Source of the DNA: a virus
Length of the DNA stretch: 64,000 nucleotides
IMG/VR virus record: IMGVR_UViG_3300020180_000010
Coordinates: 32,001-96,000 of that record
Reading direction: 5' to 3' (one strand)
The position numbers were made by a program, and so were the translations under genes. How positions within the stretch are numbered: position 1 is the first letter of the stretch; every line of letters begins with the position of its first letter. The notes under the pieces were generated by a model, which worked only from the letters and a program-made list of their open reading frames with translations, had not been told where the DNA came from and did no database searches. Below are positions 17,915-26,119 of the stretch, in pieces.

Positions 17915-19168
17915 TCATGTGGAACGTTTGCCGCCTGTCGGAAGCCCACGCCTCAAAGTAATCCCTTTTCTGATCTCATCGCTCATATTTACTACAGTCT
18001 CGCGTGGAAATGTCGCGGGCTTTTCTTCCTGTTGTTGTTGCTTTGAAATTTTACTTTCTTGACTTAACAAATATTCAGGATTAATTGATTTAAAAGAAAA
18101 AGATGAATCCATAGCCCTGATAACAATTCCTTCTCGTAAAATATTAGAATTGATTTTAGACTTATCGTTACTAAGGCCAACGTAATACTTAATATCATTA
18201 ATAAGCGGAACATTTGTCTGAATCACCGGAACCATATTTAATTCTAACTCAGAAGTTATTGCCCATAGACTTTCATAATCAACATATTTTTTCTCATCTA
18301 TATCATAAATGGAAAATACTCTCATTTGATATTCAGGTAGACCGTAAACATTACCCTGAATCTTCGGACCAAAAATTTCTCCCTGGATAGCAATATTTTT
18401 ATTAAGTTTAATTAATTTTCTTTCCAAATCATATTTGGTCATGATTTGGCAAATCGGATGTGTCTTATTAGAGCTCTTATTTGAATTATAAATAATTTGA
18501 TTACGCGAACATGCCAGGAAACAATATTTATTTCCAAATAACCCTGATAACCAATTACCATTTAACTTACGATAAATATAAGTACAGGATGATCCTTCAC
18601 ATTTTTCAGCGATGTAACAGGCCGTGCCTTCCTTATCAAAGAGAAGACCTCCCATCTTCTGCACTCTCGTTTCATCTGTTTTCGGAACATATGATGGAAA
18701 AGATCCTGTCTTGACTGGTTTGATACGAAATATTTTCCACTTTAACCAACCATAATAACTCTCGATCCAGCTTCGCTTTTCCTGAAGCTCTTCTTCAATA
18801 TCATTATCAAGTTCATATTTTGAAATACCAAGGATTTCCGTCAAATCATCGCCAATCCGTGCCTTATCAATATCAAAAGAAGGATTGACTTCTTTTACAA
18901 TTGATAGAGGAAAAGCAATTCCCTGTGAAATTTGTTTGCGAATTTTTATTGTTTTGATTCTAAATTTTTTAGGACGTAGAAACTCGAACACCGGAACTTC
19001 CGGAAGGACCGAGTCTATCTCACAATAGACCGCTAGATCTCCAACTTTAAATTCATCCTTCTTTACTACTAGTTCCCAGCCAAGAATCGTCGCACATTCA
19101 ATTTTATCTGCATCCTGAATAGGTTTTAATTCTTTAATCGTTTCTATATATGCTAATGCTCTTTTCAT
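17915..19168 (-). CDS. ATP-dependent RNA ligase (DRB0094/Rnl5-like, N-terminal OB domain)
   Basis: N-terminal ADKIE...VYCEIDS...SQG; PKTDETRVQ, EKCEGSS (motif I), QGE, REGIVIR and FKSIN. Confidence 0.88.
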   Translation of the reverse strand: MKRALAYIETIKELKPIQDADKIECATILGWELVVKKDEFKVGDLAVYCEIDSVLPEVPVFEFLRPKKFRIKTIKIRKQISQGIAFPLSIVKEVNPSFDIDKARIGDDLTEILGISKYELDNDIEEELQEKRSWIESYYGWLKWKIFRIKPVKTGSFPSYVPKTDETRVQKMGGLLFDKEGTACYIAEKCEGSSCTYIYRKLNGNWLSGLFGNKYCFLACSRNQIIYNSNKSSNKTHPICQIMTKYDLERKLIKLNKNIAIQGEIFGPKIQGNVYGLPEYQMRVFSIYDIDEKKYVDYESLWAITSELELNMVPVIQTNVPLINDIKYYVGLSNDKSKINSNILREGIVIRAMDSSFSFKSINPEYLLSQESKISKQQQQEEKPATFPRETVVNMSDEIRKGITLRRGLPTGGKRST

Positions 19169-19179
19169 AATATTTTGCC

Positions 19180-19992
19180 TTATATTTCAGTAATGGACTC
19201 TGGGCGTGATGATTCTGTCACGATAGTTTCTTCGAGCATAGAATCTATATCTGATTCTTTAGGCAAAGATTCTAATCTATTAAAAATACCTTCAGTAGCA
19301 TCGTCCCAACAATAAATGCTAGGATAACTTTCCTTATAGTCAGATAAAAATGTTATCAGGTCATCTGGATCGCTATGATCCACATGAACCTGACCAACAG
19401 GGCAAATCAGCTTCCCTTCAAGTTTGTTTGTTTTGGTGAGTCGAAGCAAATCATTAAAACTCTCCTGAAGAACCGTAGAAACGTGAGCATAACTTTTACG
19501 TTTTTCTGAATCAAGACAGAAAGGAAGGAATGCGTCGCAGTGTTTAAAAAATGAAATATATGGAAAATTTCCATTGAAATTATATATTGATGGCCCGGTA
19601 AATCCTAAGAAAGGATCCGGGCCGGTTTTTTTACGAAGAGTAGATAAGAATCTCTCGACTTCGACGGAATATCCTCGCCATTCATCTTCCGTTAGTAAGA
19701 TATGGCCATCCGAACCTTCTTTTTGACAAGAAAGAATCTGCTGAATTTCCGCAGCCCAGGTTGATGGTCGGGAGAAATTCCAGGTATAGATTTTCAATCC
19801 AGCTTCATGACACTGATCTATAAATTTAGATGAAAGTGGCATGTACCATTGATTAAGTCGGTAGGCATCACCGCTCTTTACAGCGATCCATCCTATGTGG
19901 TGATCTAAACATTTTTGTATAATTAATGATGAATTACCATTCTCGCATTTTGCGATATTTTTAATCCAAATTCCTAATTTTTGTTCTTGCAT
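19180..19992 (-). CDS. Glycoside hydrolase-like TIM-barrel protein (GH25/lysin-like, possibly degenerate)
   Basis: GIWI...WIAVKSGD...HEAGLKIYTWNFS...FPY..F...CDAFLP pattern. Confidence 0.5.
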   Translation of the reverse strand: MQEQKLGIWIKNIAKCENGNSSLIIQKCLDHHIGWIAVKSGDAYRLNQWYMPLSSKFIDQCHEAGLKIYTWNFSRPSTWAAEIQQILSCQKEGSDGHILLTEDEWRGYSVEVERFLSTLRKKTGPDPFLGFTGPSIYNFNGNFPYISFFKHCDAFLPFCLDSEKRKSYAHVSTVLQESFNDLLRLTKTNKLEGKLICPVGQVHVDHSDPDDLITFLSDYKESYPSIYCWDDATEGIFNRLESLPKESDIDSMLEETIVTESSRPESITEI

Positions 19993-20016
19993 ACGTTTTC
20001 TCTAAACAAATTCAAT

Positions 20017-20058
20017 AAAAACAAAAACCGACCAGACTATGTTAATAATCTGGTCGGT
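20017..20058 (-). terminator. Intrinsic terminator after the tubulin-like gene
   Basis: ACCGACCAGA...TCTGGTCGGT stem followed by TTTTGTTTTT on the minus strand. Confidence 0.75.
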
Positions 20059-20093
20059 CAGCCCGGCCTCGCCTGCAATCCTATTCAGTTATA

Positions 20094-21452
20094 TCATTTT
20101 CGCTTATCGACAACTGATCCCATGAGCTTGCCGAAATTTGAACTCTTGGCGGCAATTTTTTCGCGAATCTTCTGCGCTTCCGATACCGTCTCATTCTTTC
20201 CCGTATCTAACTGTAAAGACAAGTTCCGCTGACTGTCTCGATTCTTAATCGTTTCGGTATGCTGCGCTACTTCAGCTTTCAGTTGTGTAATTCTGGATCC
20301 AGGAAGTCCCAATCCGCTAAATATCGAATAAACCTTCACACAGTCTTCATCCGACTCAACTGTATAGATTCCCTTGAACACGCCTTTTGGCGTTCCGCAT
20401 TGCTCATTAATCATTTCAAGGGCATAATTCACCGCAACGTTCGGAATCTGCCTCCAAACACGTTCCGGCGCAACAAACATCACTCCTACGTATTTTGATT
20501 GCTTCAAATCAAACCCACTTGCGAGAAGATTTGAATTCAAATTCTCAATAACAGCCTCGGCAATCGCAGTATTCTCCGTATATTGAGTTACTTTCATTTC
20601 ACCATAAATGGAAAGTCCCTCGCCATCAATAAATAATTTAGCCATTTCCGTAGGATCGAGCCCCTTCACCCCAGATGGCATACTAGACAGTGTATTGAAT
20701 ACCTCGATCGGCTCGACAATGGCTCGGTTAGCCATAGGATAAAAATCAAGCTGATTAATGTCTTGATAAATCGTTTCGATTTTAGCGTTATCCACTACGA
20801 TGAGATTGCTTACCTTCTTGGTTTCGGTAAGTTTAGCTAGTTTGCTGAGAGTTTCGAGAGAATTGCTTTTGGTTTGAGCATCCTCGGTACTCATGGGCAG
20901 CACCGTTATCACGATCAAGGGCTTCCCTAGTCCTGACAGGATATCCACGAGCGTTTCGCACGAACCTGCGCCGGAGCCTCCTCCCAAAGAAAGGCACAGG
21001 ATATTGACTTGGGAGGCCCCTAATCTGGAATGCAGAAGTTCAGTGATTTGGGGCCGATACATTTCGGCTGCCGCGCGACCAATTTCCAATTCCTTCGCCG
21101 CACCACCGAGAGAATAATCCAATAGAAGCTTGTTAGCTTCTGGAATCTTGATGAATTTCAAATCTTGAGATGCGGTATTCAGTACAACAGTATCGTAGCC
21201 TTCATTATATAGACATTCGGCGAGTCTTGAGCCGCCCTGACCGCTCCCTATGACTCCGAACGCGATGCTACGTGTTTTCTTTTCTACAATCTTCATATCA
21301 TTTTTCTTTTTATCAGCCAATTTCGCTTTAAGTGAGCTAAGTTTGGCTTCGTCTACATTGGGTTCGGTATTCTCCGGAACCTTTACATCTGAAATATCAT
21401 CCATCAAAACCTCTGCGTCATTATGATCAGTAATTTCGTTTCTTACAGACAT
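20094..21452 (-). CDS. Tubulin/FtsZ-family GTPase (PhuZ/TubZ-like)
   Basis: GSGQGGSRL, LNT..QDL, GGAAK, tubulin signature LGGGSGAG, VVDN and C-terminal SGL. Confidence 0.88.
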   Translation of the reverse strand: MSVRNEITDHNDAEVLMDDISDVKVPENTEPNVDEAKLSSLKAKLADKKKNDMKIVEKKTRSIAFGVIGSGQGGSRLAECLYNEGYDTVVLNTASQDLKFIKIPEANKLLLDYSLGGAAKELEIGRAAAEMYRPQITELLHSRLGASQVNILCLSLGGGSGAGSCETLVDILSGLGKPLIVITVLPMSTEDAQTKSNSLETLSKLAKLTETKKVSNLIVVDNAKIETIYQDINQLDFYPMANRAIVEPIEVFNTLSSMPSGVKGLDPTEMAKLFIDGEGLSIYGEMKVTQYTENTAIAEAVIENLNSNLLASGFDLKQSKYVGVMFVAPERVWRQIPNVAVNYALEMINEQCGTPKGVFKGIYTVESDEDCVKVYSIFSGLGLPGSRITQLKAEVAQHTETIKNRDSQRNLSLQLDTGKNETVSEAQKIREKIAAKSSNFGKLMGSVVDKRK

Positions 21453-21469
21453 ATATCTCTTTCTCTAAA

Positions 21470-22429
21470 TCAGAGGCGTAAAAACCATAGATTATTACGG
21501 TACCACTCAACAGTTATTTCGAGACCTCGCCTGAGCTTTATCGTCGGTTCCCAGCCAAGACTTTTAAGTTTATTGCAATCAAGAGAATATCTGAAATCAT
21601 GACCTGCACGATCCGGAACGAACGTTAATAAATCAGTATAATCCTTATCCATAACCTTGCTCAGGAGATGTAGGAGTTCAATATTTGAAAGCTCTTGATT
21701 AGTTCCGACATTATAAATCTCATTCTCAAAACCATTATTCATTATAAACTGAACCGCTGCACAGTTATCCTGCACATGAATCCATGACCTGACCTGACTT
21801 CCCTTTCCGTAAATCGGAATCTTTTCATTATTTATAATGCATTTTATAATCTTTGGAATTAATTTATCCACAGATTGTCTTGGTCCATAATTATTTGATG
21901 ATCTTATTATATTGTATGGTAGTCCATACGTATGGTAAGCTGCCTGGATCAGAAGTTCTGCTGCGGCTTTGCTTGCGGCATACGGATTTCTAGGATTGAG
22001 GGGAGCCGTTTCATCCCAACTTTTTTGGGAATCATCGGTCAAGTGCCCATAAACCTCATCCGTAGATTGATAAATGAATTTTTCCACTTTCCATCTGACA
22101 CATGAATTCAGAAGTGTCTGGGTTCCCAGGACATTTGATCTGATAAATTCATTCGGATCCAATATAGAATCATCAACATGTGTATGAGCCGCGCCATGCA
22201 GGACAATGTCTGGGCGTTCCAACTCCATCACGACATTGATAAAATGTTGATCCGCTACGTCTCCAATATAAAATTTATGATTTTTATTCGCGTAGATATT
22301 ATTCAGAACATTTGTCTTCGTAACTTTATCAATGCTGACAAATGTATATGGTTGTTTTTCGTATACGGATTTTCTAACAAAATTAGAATATATGAATCCG
22401 CCGGTACCGGTAATCAGGACTTTCTTCAT
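21470..22429 (-). CDS. rfbB: dTDP-glucose 4,6-dehydratase (RmlB/RfbB)
   Basis: TGTGGFI, AAHTHVD, STDEVYG, PYAASK, NNYGPRQ and DRAGHDFRY. Confidence 0.92.
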   Translation of the reverse strand: MKKVLITGTGGFIYSNFVRKSVYEKQPYTFVSIDKVTKTNVLNNIYANKNHKFYIGDVADQHFINVVMELERPDIVLHGAAHTHVDDSILDPNEFIRSNVLGTQTLLNSCVRWKVEKFIYQSTDEVYGHLTDDSQKSWDETAPLNPRNPYAASKAAAELLIQAAYHTYGLPYNIIRSSNNYGPRQSVDKLIPKIIKCIINNEKIPIYGKGSQVRSWIHVQDNCAAVQFIMNNGFENEIYNVGTNQELSNIELLHLLSKVMDKDYTDLLTFVPDRAGHDFRYSLDCNKLKSLGWEPTIKLRRGLEITVEWYRNNLWFLRL

Positions 22430-23262
22430 GAAGATATTAATCCGTAATTCTTAATTTTTAAGTAAAGATCTTCGTCAATCTCATAACGGCCACTCCAGAT
22501 AGAATAAAAATATTTAATATTTTGATGAAGAAATAATCTATTTACTGGATTTTGTTTCAGAGTAACGGATTCACCATGAGTCATGTTGGTTTGCCCGCAC
22601 ATGATACATTTAAGTTTTAGATTTTTACTTATCTGGAGTGTCAGATCAACATCGTCATAACACCAGATAAACTTATTATCCCAGGCTTGACCGGTTCCCC
22701 TTAGTTTGCCGATTTCCATAAGAATTCTGGCTTTTGTTAACAGGCATGCACCCGTAAGAACTTGAAATTCACGATTTTGTCTAGCATGATCATCTACTGG
22801 CGATCCTGCCTTCAAATGTTTCGGAAGATTTCTTAGAGACTCGAATACAGTTCCGCAGAATTGAATTGATTCAGGATTACACCCAGGGTAGGAAAGTCTC
22901 GCCCCTACCGCTCCCACATCATCCATGTGGGATAAACTAACCATTCTATTTAATGATCTACCATCTTCCATCATGACATCATTATTTAGGAAAAGTACAA
23001 AATCATCCGGATCTGGATTGGTCTGATTGAATAGATAATTGCAGCCTTCTGCAAAATTCATTTTATTATCTGGATACTCAAAAACCTTTATATTTGGATC
23101 GTTCCAATTTTTAACTTTCTCAACCGTACCATCGGTACAACCGTTGCTTTTTATGCACCATTGGAAATCATGTCCGGTCTCTTTAAGATTAAGCAGTAAT
23201 CCTGGCTTTAAACGATCCAGCATATCGAAGCCATTCCAACTTAACGTATAAATGTAGATCAT
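22426..23262 (-). CDS. Glycosyltransferase family 2
   Basis: NGCTDGT, NFAEGCN, FLNND, TGACLL and DDVDL. Confidence 0.85.
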   Translation of the reverse strand: MIYIYTLSWNGFDMLDRLKPGLLLNLKETGHDFQWCIKSNGCTDGTVEKVKNWNDPNIKVFEYPDNKMNFAEGCNYLFNQTNPDPDDFVLFLNNDVMMEDGRSLNRMVSLSHMDDVGAVGARLSYPGCNPESIQFCGTVFESLRNLPKHLKAGSPVDDHARQNREFQVLTGACLLTKARILMEIGKLRGTGQAWDNKFIWCYDDVDLTLQISKNLKLKCIMCGQTNMTHGESVTLKQNPVNRLFLHQNIKYFYSIWSGRYEIDEDLYLKIKNYGLISS

Positions 23263-24272
23263 AAACCTGCCGAGATCGTTCCGAACAACTGCACACTGCT
23301 TGCCGTATCGACTCCCAAACCTGCTCCAATATAAAGATTTTTCATAAAAAGAATATGCTGTCCTACATTGTATTGAACCGGAATCAATATAGCTGAGGCT
23401 CGTTTTTCATTCAAGCCGTAACCGATTCCCAGGCCCAGAACCGTAATATCCGGCTGATCACGATATCTGCCATAACTCATTATATTTATCATTAATAATG
23501 GTGCGGCTTCAGCAGTCGGAACGGATATATTAGCGCCGAGTCCCATTCCTAGATATAATCTTGGATTCCAAAATGAAAAATGAGATTCCGGAACTTCTTG
23601 AAGAAATTTAGATTCTTGAATCTCAACCGGGTATTCTTGATCGTTCGATCTAATTATAAATTTATTATACGCGTATTCTTTACCACTGGAATCTTTTCCC
23701 ACGACTGTCGTTAGTTTATAAGCTCTCGGATAAACCTGAATATCCCAAGGGTTTTGTTTCCATGCACTGAATCCTACGCTTCCGAACGGGACGGATTTAT
23801 CTTGGAATTTTTCTGAAAGATTAAGTTTCTGTTGATTCTGTCCATATCCATAATTCAATTCTGGACATTTCCCATCAACGCACGGAACTGGAGGATTTGT
23901 CGGATCAATTCTCGGAACCGTATTATCTGACGGTAGGTTATCAGCTCGAAATCCTTTATTAGCAATGATTGCAGAATTTATGCTATGTAGATTGGCGTTA
24001 AAATCTGAAAGGTCTTTTTTTACCTGGTTAATTTCAAGAGAATGATTTTTTGCAAATGTTTCGATATCTTGTTTGGATGCGTATTGTGATTGGGCTCGTA
24101 GTATATTATCTGCTAATTGTTTTTGTTCGACGATCTGGTCCCGGATCATTTCTTGACGTTGTTTGATTTCAGCTAACCTGACTGCCAAGAAGACACCCGC
24201 CGCTAAAAGTAAGGTCAAACCAAGGAAAATAAGGATTTTATTTAAAGTTGACATGCGTCTACCACGCATCAC
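23259..24272 (-). CDS. Membrane-anchored coiled-coil protein with beta-rich C-terminus (spanin-like?)
   Basis: N-terminal hydrophobic helix ILIFLGLTLLLAAGVFLAV, a coiled coil, and Gly/aromatic alternating strands ending GTISAGL. Confidence 0.5.
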   Translation of the reverse strand: MMRGRRMSTLNKILIFLGLTLLLAAGVFLAVRLAEIKQRQEMIRDQIVEQKQLADNILRAQSQYASKQDIETFAKNHSLEINQVKKDLSDFNANLHSINSAIIANKGFRADNLPSDNTVPRIDPTNPPVPCVDGKCPELNYGYGQNQQKLNLSEKFQDKSVPFGSVGFSAWKQNPWDIQVYPRAYKLTTVVGKDSSGKEYAYNKFIIRSNDQEYPVEIQESKFLQEVPESHFSFWNPRLYLGMGLGANISVPTAEAAPLLMINIMSYGRYRDQPDITVLGLGIGYGLNEKRASAILIPVQYNVGQHILFMKNLYIGAGLGVDTASSVQLFGTISAGL

Positions 24273-24285
24273 TCTTTAGAGGACA

Positions 24286-24297
24286 ATTATCGTCAAT
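24286..24297 (-). promoter_or_regulatory. ATTGACGATAAT motif (second copy)
   Basis: Identical to 9556..9567; intergenic and just upstream of a gene start. Confidence 0.45.
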
Positions 24298-24326
24298 AAA
24301 CTATTAGACAAGTCAATGTTGTGATT

Positions 24327-25046
24327 TTACCGTAGCCATTTAGCCCGAAATTTAGCTTTTGAGCTAAGATAAAGATCGCTCAGTCCTACAGAACGACTCG
24401 TGACTCGTCCAAAATGCACCACCGGAACCGGAACAATTTTTAACCCGATTCCTAAATCTCTAGCTCGGAACGAAAGATCAGTATCCTCATGATAAGCTTT
24501 TCCGAACTCATTCGTAAATGGCCCGAGTGACCCAGGCATGATAAGATCTTTCCAAACCGAAGCATTTGCTGAAATATTCCATCCAGAAATATAATGGTTC
24601 TTCGTTACGACATGATCGGTCTCAGATATGAATTCTAATGTATCGCTCATATTTCCGATAGTCGGTCCTGCCAGACATCTATCCTGACAAGCTTCTAATA
24701 TCGGCACGGTCCAATCGGAATGGTTAGATTGGACCCTAATATCATTATTTAAAAACATTATAGAATTACCCGTTGCAGCGTTATACCCTGTACCACAACC
24801 ATCTGCGAATCCTAAATTTGTTTCATTCCGAATATAAACAAAATTATCTTTTCGAATCTGATCAAGAGATCTAGTCTGATCAGTACTTCCGTTATCAACG
24901 ATAATTATCTGATGATCCGGAGGAAGATGAAAAAGATCATCCAGACAAGATTTAGTGAAATTATACTGATTCAACACCGGAACAACAATACTTAATTTAT
25001 AAATCACGTTACCAACTTCATAATTTGATCCGTAACAGAGCGCCAC
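24327..25046 (-). CDS. Glycosyltransferase family 2
   Basis: LSIVVPVLN, VDNGSTD, NLGFA, FLNND and EDTDLSFR. Confidence 0.9.
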   Translation of the reverse strand: MALCYGSNYEVGNVIYKLSIVVPVLNQYNFTKSCLDDLFHLPPDHQIIIVDNGSTDQTRSLDQIRKDNFVYIRNETNLGFADGCGTGYNAATGNSIMFLNNDIRVQSNHSDWTVPILEACQDRCLAGPTIGNMSDTLEFISETDHVVTKNHYISGWNISANASVWKDLIMPGSLGPFTNEFGKAYHEDTDLSFRARDLGIGLKIVPVPVVHFGRVTSRSVGLSDLYLSSKAKFRAKWLR

Positions 25047-26086
25047 GAATATCGTTCCGTAGATATACCGGCGACTCTAGCTTTCAGAGCAGACAAATTC
25101 GCTACGGCGAAACGTAGCCGATCCACCGCATCATTCAGATCCGGTTCAAACCAATACGTACTTGGTTTGGCTTCATAATACAGAGCCCTTGCTGGTGCCG
25201 GTACTATCTTCCCACCAATCAGAATAGAATTATCATCATTTAAAAAGTCAAGTTGTCCTCCGTATCGAGGAGCCACGACAACATTTCCAGCTACCAATGC
25301 TTCCAAACCAGGTACCCAGTACGCTTCGCAGTGACTCATTGTGAACGTCACGTCACATGCCTTGTAAAGAGAACTGATCTGCGGAATAAATTCGGTTATG
25401 AGTTCCAATTCTGCATGTTCTGGATAATGTTTATAGAAACTAGACAGATCTTTCTGTATATCAATATCAAAGCTCATTGCTGGTCTGGCTAGTGTGGTCT
25501 TCAATACCAAAACAACATCATCACGTTTCGTAAATGCCATCCCGAAACACTTAAGTAACCCAGTAATGTTTTTACGCAAATGTGGCTGAGCAATATTTGC
25601 GAGAATTTTTACTTTTTTCTTTGTTTTGAGAGGATAGGGCTCGGTACATGGAATATCAGCGCCATGAGGGATCACTTTAATATGCTGATCCGGAACGCCT
25701 GAATCAATAAAGATCTGTTTTGAAAAATTAGAAGGTGCTAATATCAAATCAGTATATTTATAATTTTTAGCAAATCCTGTCGGTAATGCATTCTTTCCAG
25801 CAAATTCATAACACCAGATTCCAAATCTATTTTTAGTGCCATGCTTCAAAAACATAGGAAAATTTTTCATAGCTGTATAAGTCAACTGTACTGAATAATC
25901 TTCCGACGATGGCTTACCTTTCAAATAAGGCTTGAGGTCATCCGGAATAAATTCCGTACCATTCGTACTGATCAGATCCACCGAATAACCAGCCCTGATC
26001 AACTCCGTACTGATGCTTCGAGCAACAGTGCTCCAACTATGATTCTTGCCAATATATCCCTGCCATTTAATCATAGTGCTCCTCAT
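25004..26086 (-). CDS. Glycosyltransferase family 4 (GT-B)
   Basis: APSNFSK, VIPHG, RKN and EAYWVPGLEA (ExF/GxxxxEA-type motif). Confidence 0.85.
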   Translation of the reverse strand: MRSTMIKWQGYIGKNHSWSTVARSISTELIRAGYSVDLISTNGTEFIPDDLKPYLKGKPSSEDYSVQLTYTAMKNFPMFLKHGTKNRFGIWCYEFAGKNALPTGFAKNYKYTDLILAPSNFSKQIFIDSGVPDQHIKVIPHGADIPCTEPYPLKTKKKVKILANIAQPHLRKNITGLLKCFGMAFTKRDDVVLVLKTTLARPAMSFDIDIQKDLSSFYKHYPEHAELELITEFIPQISSLYKACDVTFTMSHCEAYWVPGLEALVAGNVVVAPRYGGQLDFLNDDNSILIGGKIVPAPARALYYEAKPSTYWFEPDLNDAVDRLRFAVANLSALKARVAGISTERYSWRSVTDQIMKLVT

Positions 26087-26119
26087 GAGTGAGGAGGTGA
26101 TGTCGTCAAATGATCTGGA

